From positions 50,667 through 114,666 of the forward strand of contig JBGFSC010000004.1 of NCBI GenBank assembly GCA_041694815.1: DNA of 64,000 nucleotides. Direction: 5' to 3'. Below are positions 62,178 to 64,000 of the stretch, piece by piece. The position numbers and the translations under genes were made by a program. The notes beneath the pieces were generated by a model that worked only from the letters and a program-made list of their open reading frames with translations, was not told the DNA's origin and ran no database searches. Source of the DNA: Elusimicrobiota bacterium (GTDB taxonomy: Bacteria; Elusimicrobiota; Elusimicrobia; UBA1565; JACRDR01). Position 1 is the stretch's first letter. The number at the start of each line of letters is the position of its first letter.

Positions 62178-62259
62178 TGAAGATTATTCTGAGGTTTGTA
62201 ACAACGGCATTGGCGCCCGAAGCGCGTAAGAGCTGCCGTTGTTCTAAAGGAGTAGACCT

Positions 62260-63978
62260 ATGGCAACATTAAGCAGAGCCGCCTTGCGCGATCTAATCGA
62301 GCTCGGCAAGGAGCACGGGTATTTGACGCTCGAGGAGATCAACCGCTCGCTGACGACGGCCTCGATGTCCTCCGAGGAGATCGACGGCCTGATGTCGACG
62401 CTCGAAGACCTCGGCATCGAGGTCGTCGACCGCAAGAAATACAAGGCCGTCTCGGCCGCCGAGAAGGAGGCCTACACCGAGGAATGGGACTCGAGCCCGG
62501 ACGTCTCGAGCTCCATCCGGATGTACCTCTCCGAGATGGGCAAGGTCCCCCTGCTCAACCGCGAGGAGGAGGTGACGCTGGCCCGCAACGTGCGCGAACG
62601 CGAAAAGGAGCTCCGCTTATTGGTCCTCGAGTCGCCCATCACCATGCGCGAGATCCGCAATTGGGAGACGCTTATCGCCCAGCAGGAGATGACGCCCAAG
62701 GAGCTCATGCCCAGGGGCCGCAAGACGGCCTCCGAGCTCTCGGGGATGCGGCGCAAGATGCGCACCGTGGCCCAGTTCATCACCAAATCCGAGAAGGAGA
62801 TCAACAGGCTGCGGGAGCGCCTCAAGGGAAAGCTCGGGCCCGCGCAGAAGAAGGCCGTCACCAAGGCCATCGAGTCGCGCACCAAGGAAATCGTCAATAA
62901 GATCGTCGGCCTCAACTTGAACCAGGATAAGGTCAAGCGCCTGACCAACAAGATCAAAAACCTCGCCCAGAAGATCCGCGAATGCGAGGACGAGATCGAG
63001 CGCTACGAGAAGCGCTACGGCGCCAGCTACGCGGACCTCAAGCGCTATTTCGCGCAGATCGCCAAGGGGAAGATGACGAACGAGGCGTTTCGGCAGAAGA
63101 CGGGTTACGCCCCCAGCGCCGTCGAGGCGGCTATGGAGAATTTGGCCAACGTGATCGATCGCCTCGAGCGCATGAAGCATTCGCTGCCCATCCCCGTCGA
63201 GAAGTTCCTGGAGCTCGACGACAAGATCGTCACGCTCGAGAACCAGATCCTCACCGACAAGCTCAAGCTCATCAAGGCGAACCTGCGCCTGGTCGTCTCC
63301 ATCGCCAAGAAGCATATCAACAGCAACCTGGAGCTCTCCGACCTCATCCAGGAGGGCGGGCTCGGGCTCATGAAGGCCGTCGAGAAGTTCGAGTACAAGA
63401 GGGGCTTTAAGTTCTCGACCTACGCCACCTGGTGGATACGCCAGTCCATCAACCGCGCCATCGCCGACCAGGCGCGCACCATCCGCATCCCGGTGCACAT
63501 GAAGGAGCTTATCTCCAAGCTTACCAAGGTGACGCGGCGCTACCGCCAGGAGTTCGGCCGAGACCCGATGCTCGACGAGTACACGCGGCACCTGCACATC
63601 TCGATGGATAAGGTCAAGAACGTGCTCAAGATCATGCAGGAGCCGATCTCGTTGTCGACGCCGATCGGAGAGGACGAGGACTCCTACCTGGAGGATTTCA
63701 TCGAGGACAAGGCCGGCCCCGCGCCGTCCTTGTCGGCCAACACCTACCTGCGCCGAGGCGAGGTGGACAAGGTGCTCTCCACCCTAACGGATCGGGAGGC
63801 CAAGATCATCAAGCTTAGATTCGGCATCGACTCGGGCTATCCCAGGACGCTCGAGGAGGTGGGGCGGATCTTCAAGGTCACCCGCGAGCGGGTGCGCCAG
63901 ATCGAGGCCAAGGCCATCCGCAAATTGCGCCATCCGTCGCGCTCGAAATCCCTGCGCGATTATCTCGACCAGGGCTGA
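62260..63978 (+). CDS. rpoD: RNA polymerase primary sigma factor
   Basis: Region 1.1, [34 protein letters not shown] and [10 protein letters not shown]. Confidence 0.97.
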   Translation: MATLSRAALRDLIELGKEHGYLTLEEINRSLTTASMSSEEIDGLMSTLEDLGIEVVDRKKYKAVSAAEKEAYTEEWDSSPDVSSSIRMYLSEMGKVPLLNREEEVTLARNVREREKELRLLVLESPITMREIRNWETLIAQQEMTPKELMPRGRKTASELSGMRRKMRTVAQFITKSEKEINRLRERLKGKLGPAQKKAVTKAIESRTKEIVNKIVGLNLNQDKVKRLTNKIKNLAQKIRECEDEIERYEKRYGASYADLKRYFAQIAKGKMTNEAFRQKTGYAPSAVEAAMENLANVIDRLERMKHSLPIPVEKFLELDDKIVTLENQILTDKLKLIKANLRLVVSIAKKHINSNLELSDLIQEGGLGLMKAVEKFEYKRGFKFSTYATWWIRQSINRAIADQARTIRIPVHMKELISKLTKVTRRYRQEFGRDPMLDEYTRHLHISMDKVKNVLKIMQEPISLSTPIGEDEDSYLEDFIEDKAGPAPSLSANTYLRRGEVDKVLSTLTDREAKIIKLRFGIDSGYPRTLEEVGRIFKVTRERVRQIEAKAIRKLRHPSRSKSLRDYLDQG

Positions 63979-64000
63979 TCCATGGAAAAGTTGAAGATGG

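Noticed and set aside
63982-64000. ATG of a gene after rpoD
   Set aside because: Only six codons are visible, so it cannot be identified.

Overview
GC-rich bacterial chromosome segment. Elusimicrobiota is my inference, from an archaeal-type DnaK inside a bacterial hrcA operon and the style of the giant GNVGIG repeat protein. Left arm (1-21.4 kb) is housekeeping: gcvP (5' truncated), sdhCAB, two single-domain receivers, AsmA, pyrE, MFS, purB, DUF62, RlmI-like methyltransferase, SF1 helicase, mtgA, S8 protease and DUF481, plus a 160-bp MITE. The centre (21.5-35 kb) is a purine-catabolism supercluster in two convergent operons: guaD-xdhC-MocA-like-allB-alc-uraD-uraH-diheme cytochrome c-puuD, and xanthine dehydrogenase-like Mo/FeS/FAD subunits followed by an HpcH/CitE-like enzyme. 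PuuD lacks its usual fused cytochrome c, and a free diheme cytochrome sits directly upstream. A foreign monoheme cytochrome was inserted by replacing the 3' end of the HpcH/CitE-like gene, leaving the old tail orphaned. Next come tRNA-Phe with a decayed DUF433/PIN toxin-antitoxin relic, several secreted proteins, clpP, CIRCE-hrcA-grpE-dnaK-[hairpin array]-dnaJ-rsmE and an MtaB-like enzyme. A ~7-kb mosaic GNVGIG-repeat fibre-like gene is split by a single -1 frameshift, and the window ends with HIT-rpsU-dnaG-rpoD. Recurrent non-coding signals are apparent leaderless promoters, NTGA-coupled CTG/TTG starts and a paired GGYC-N4-GRCC motif. No CRISPR array, rRNA, integrase or transposase was seen. 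All family calls come from motif recognition, not database searches.
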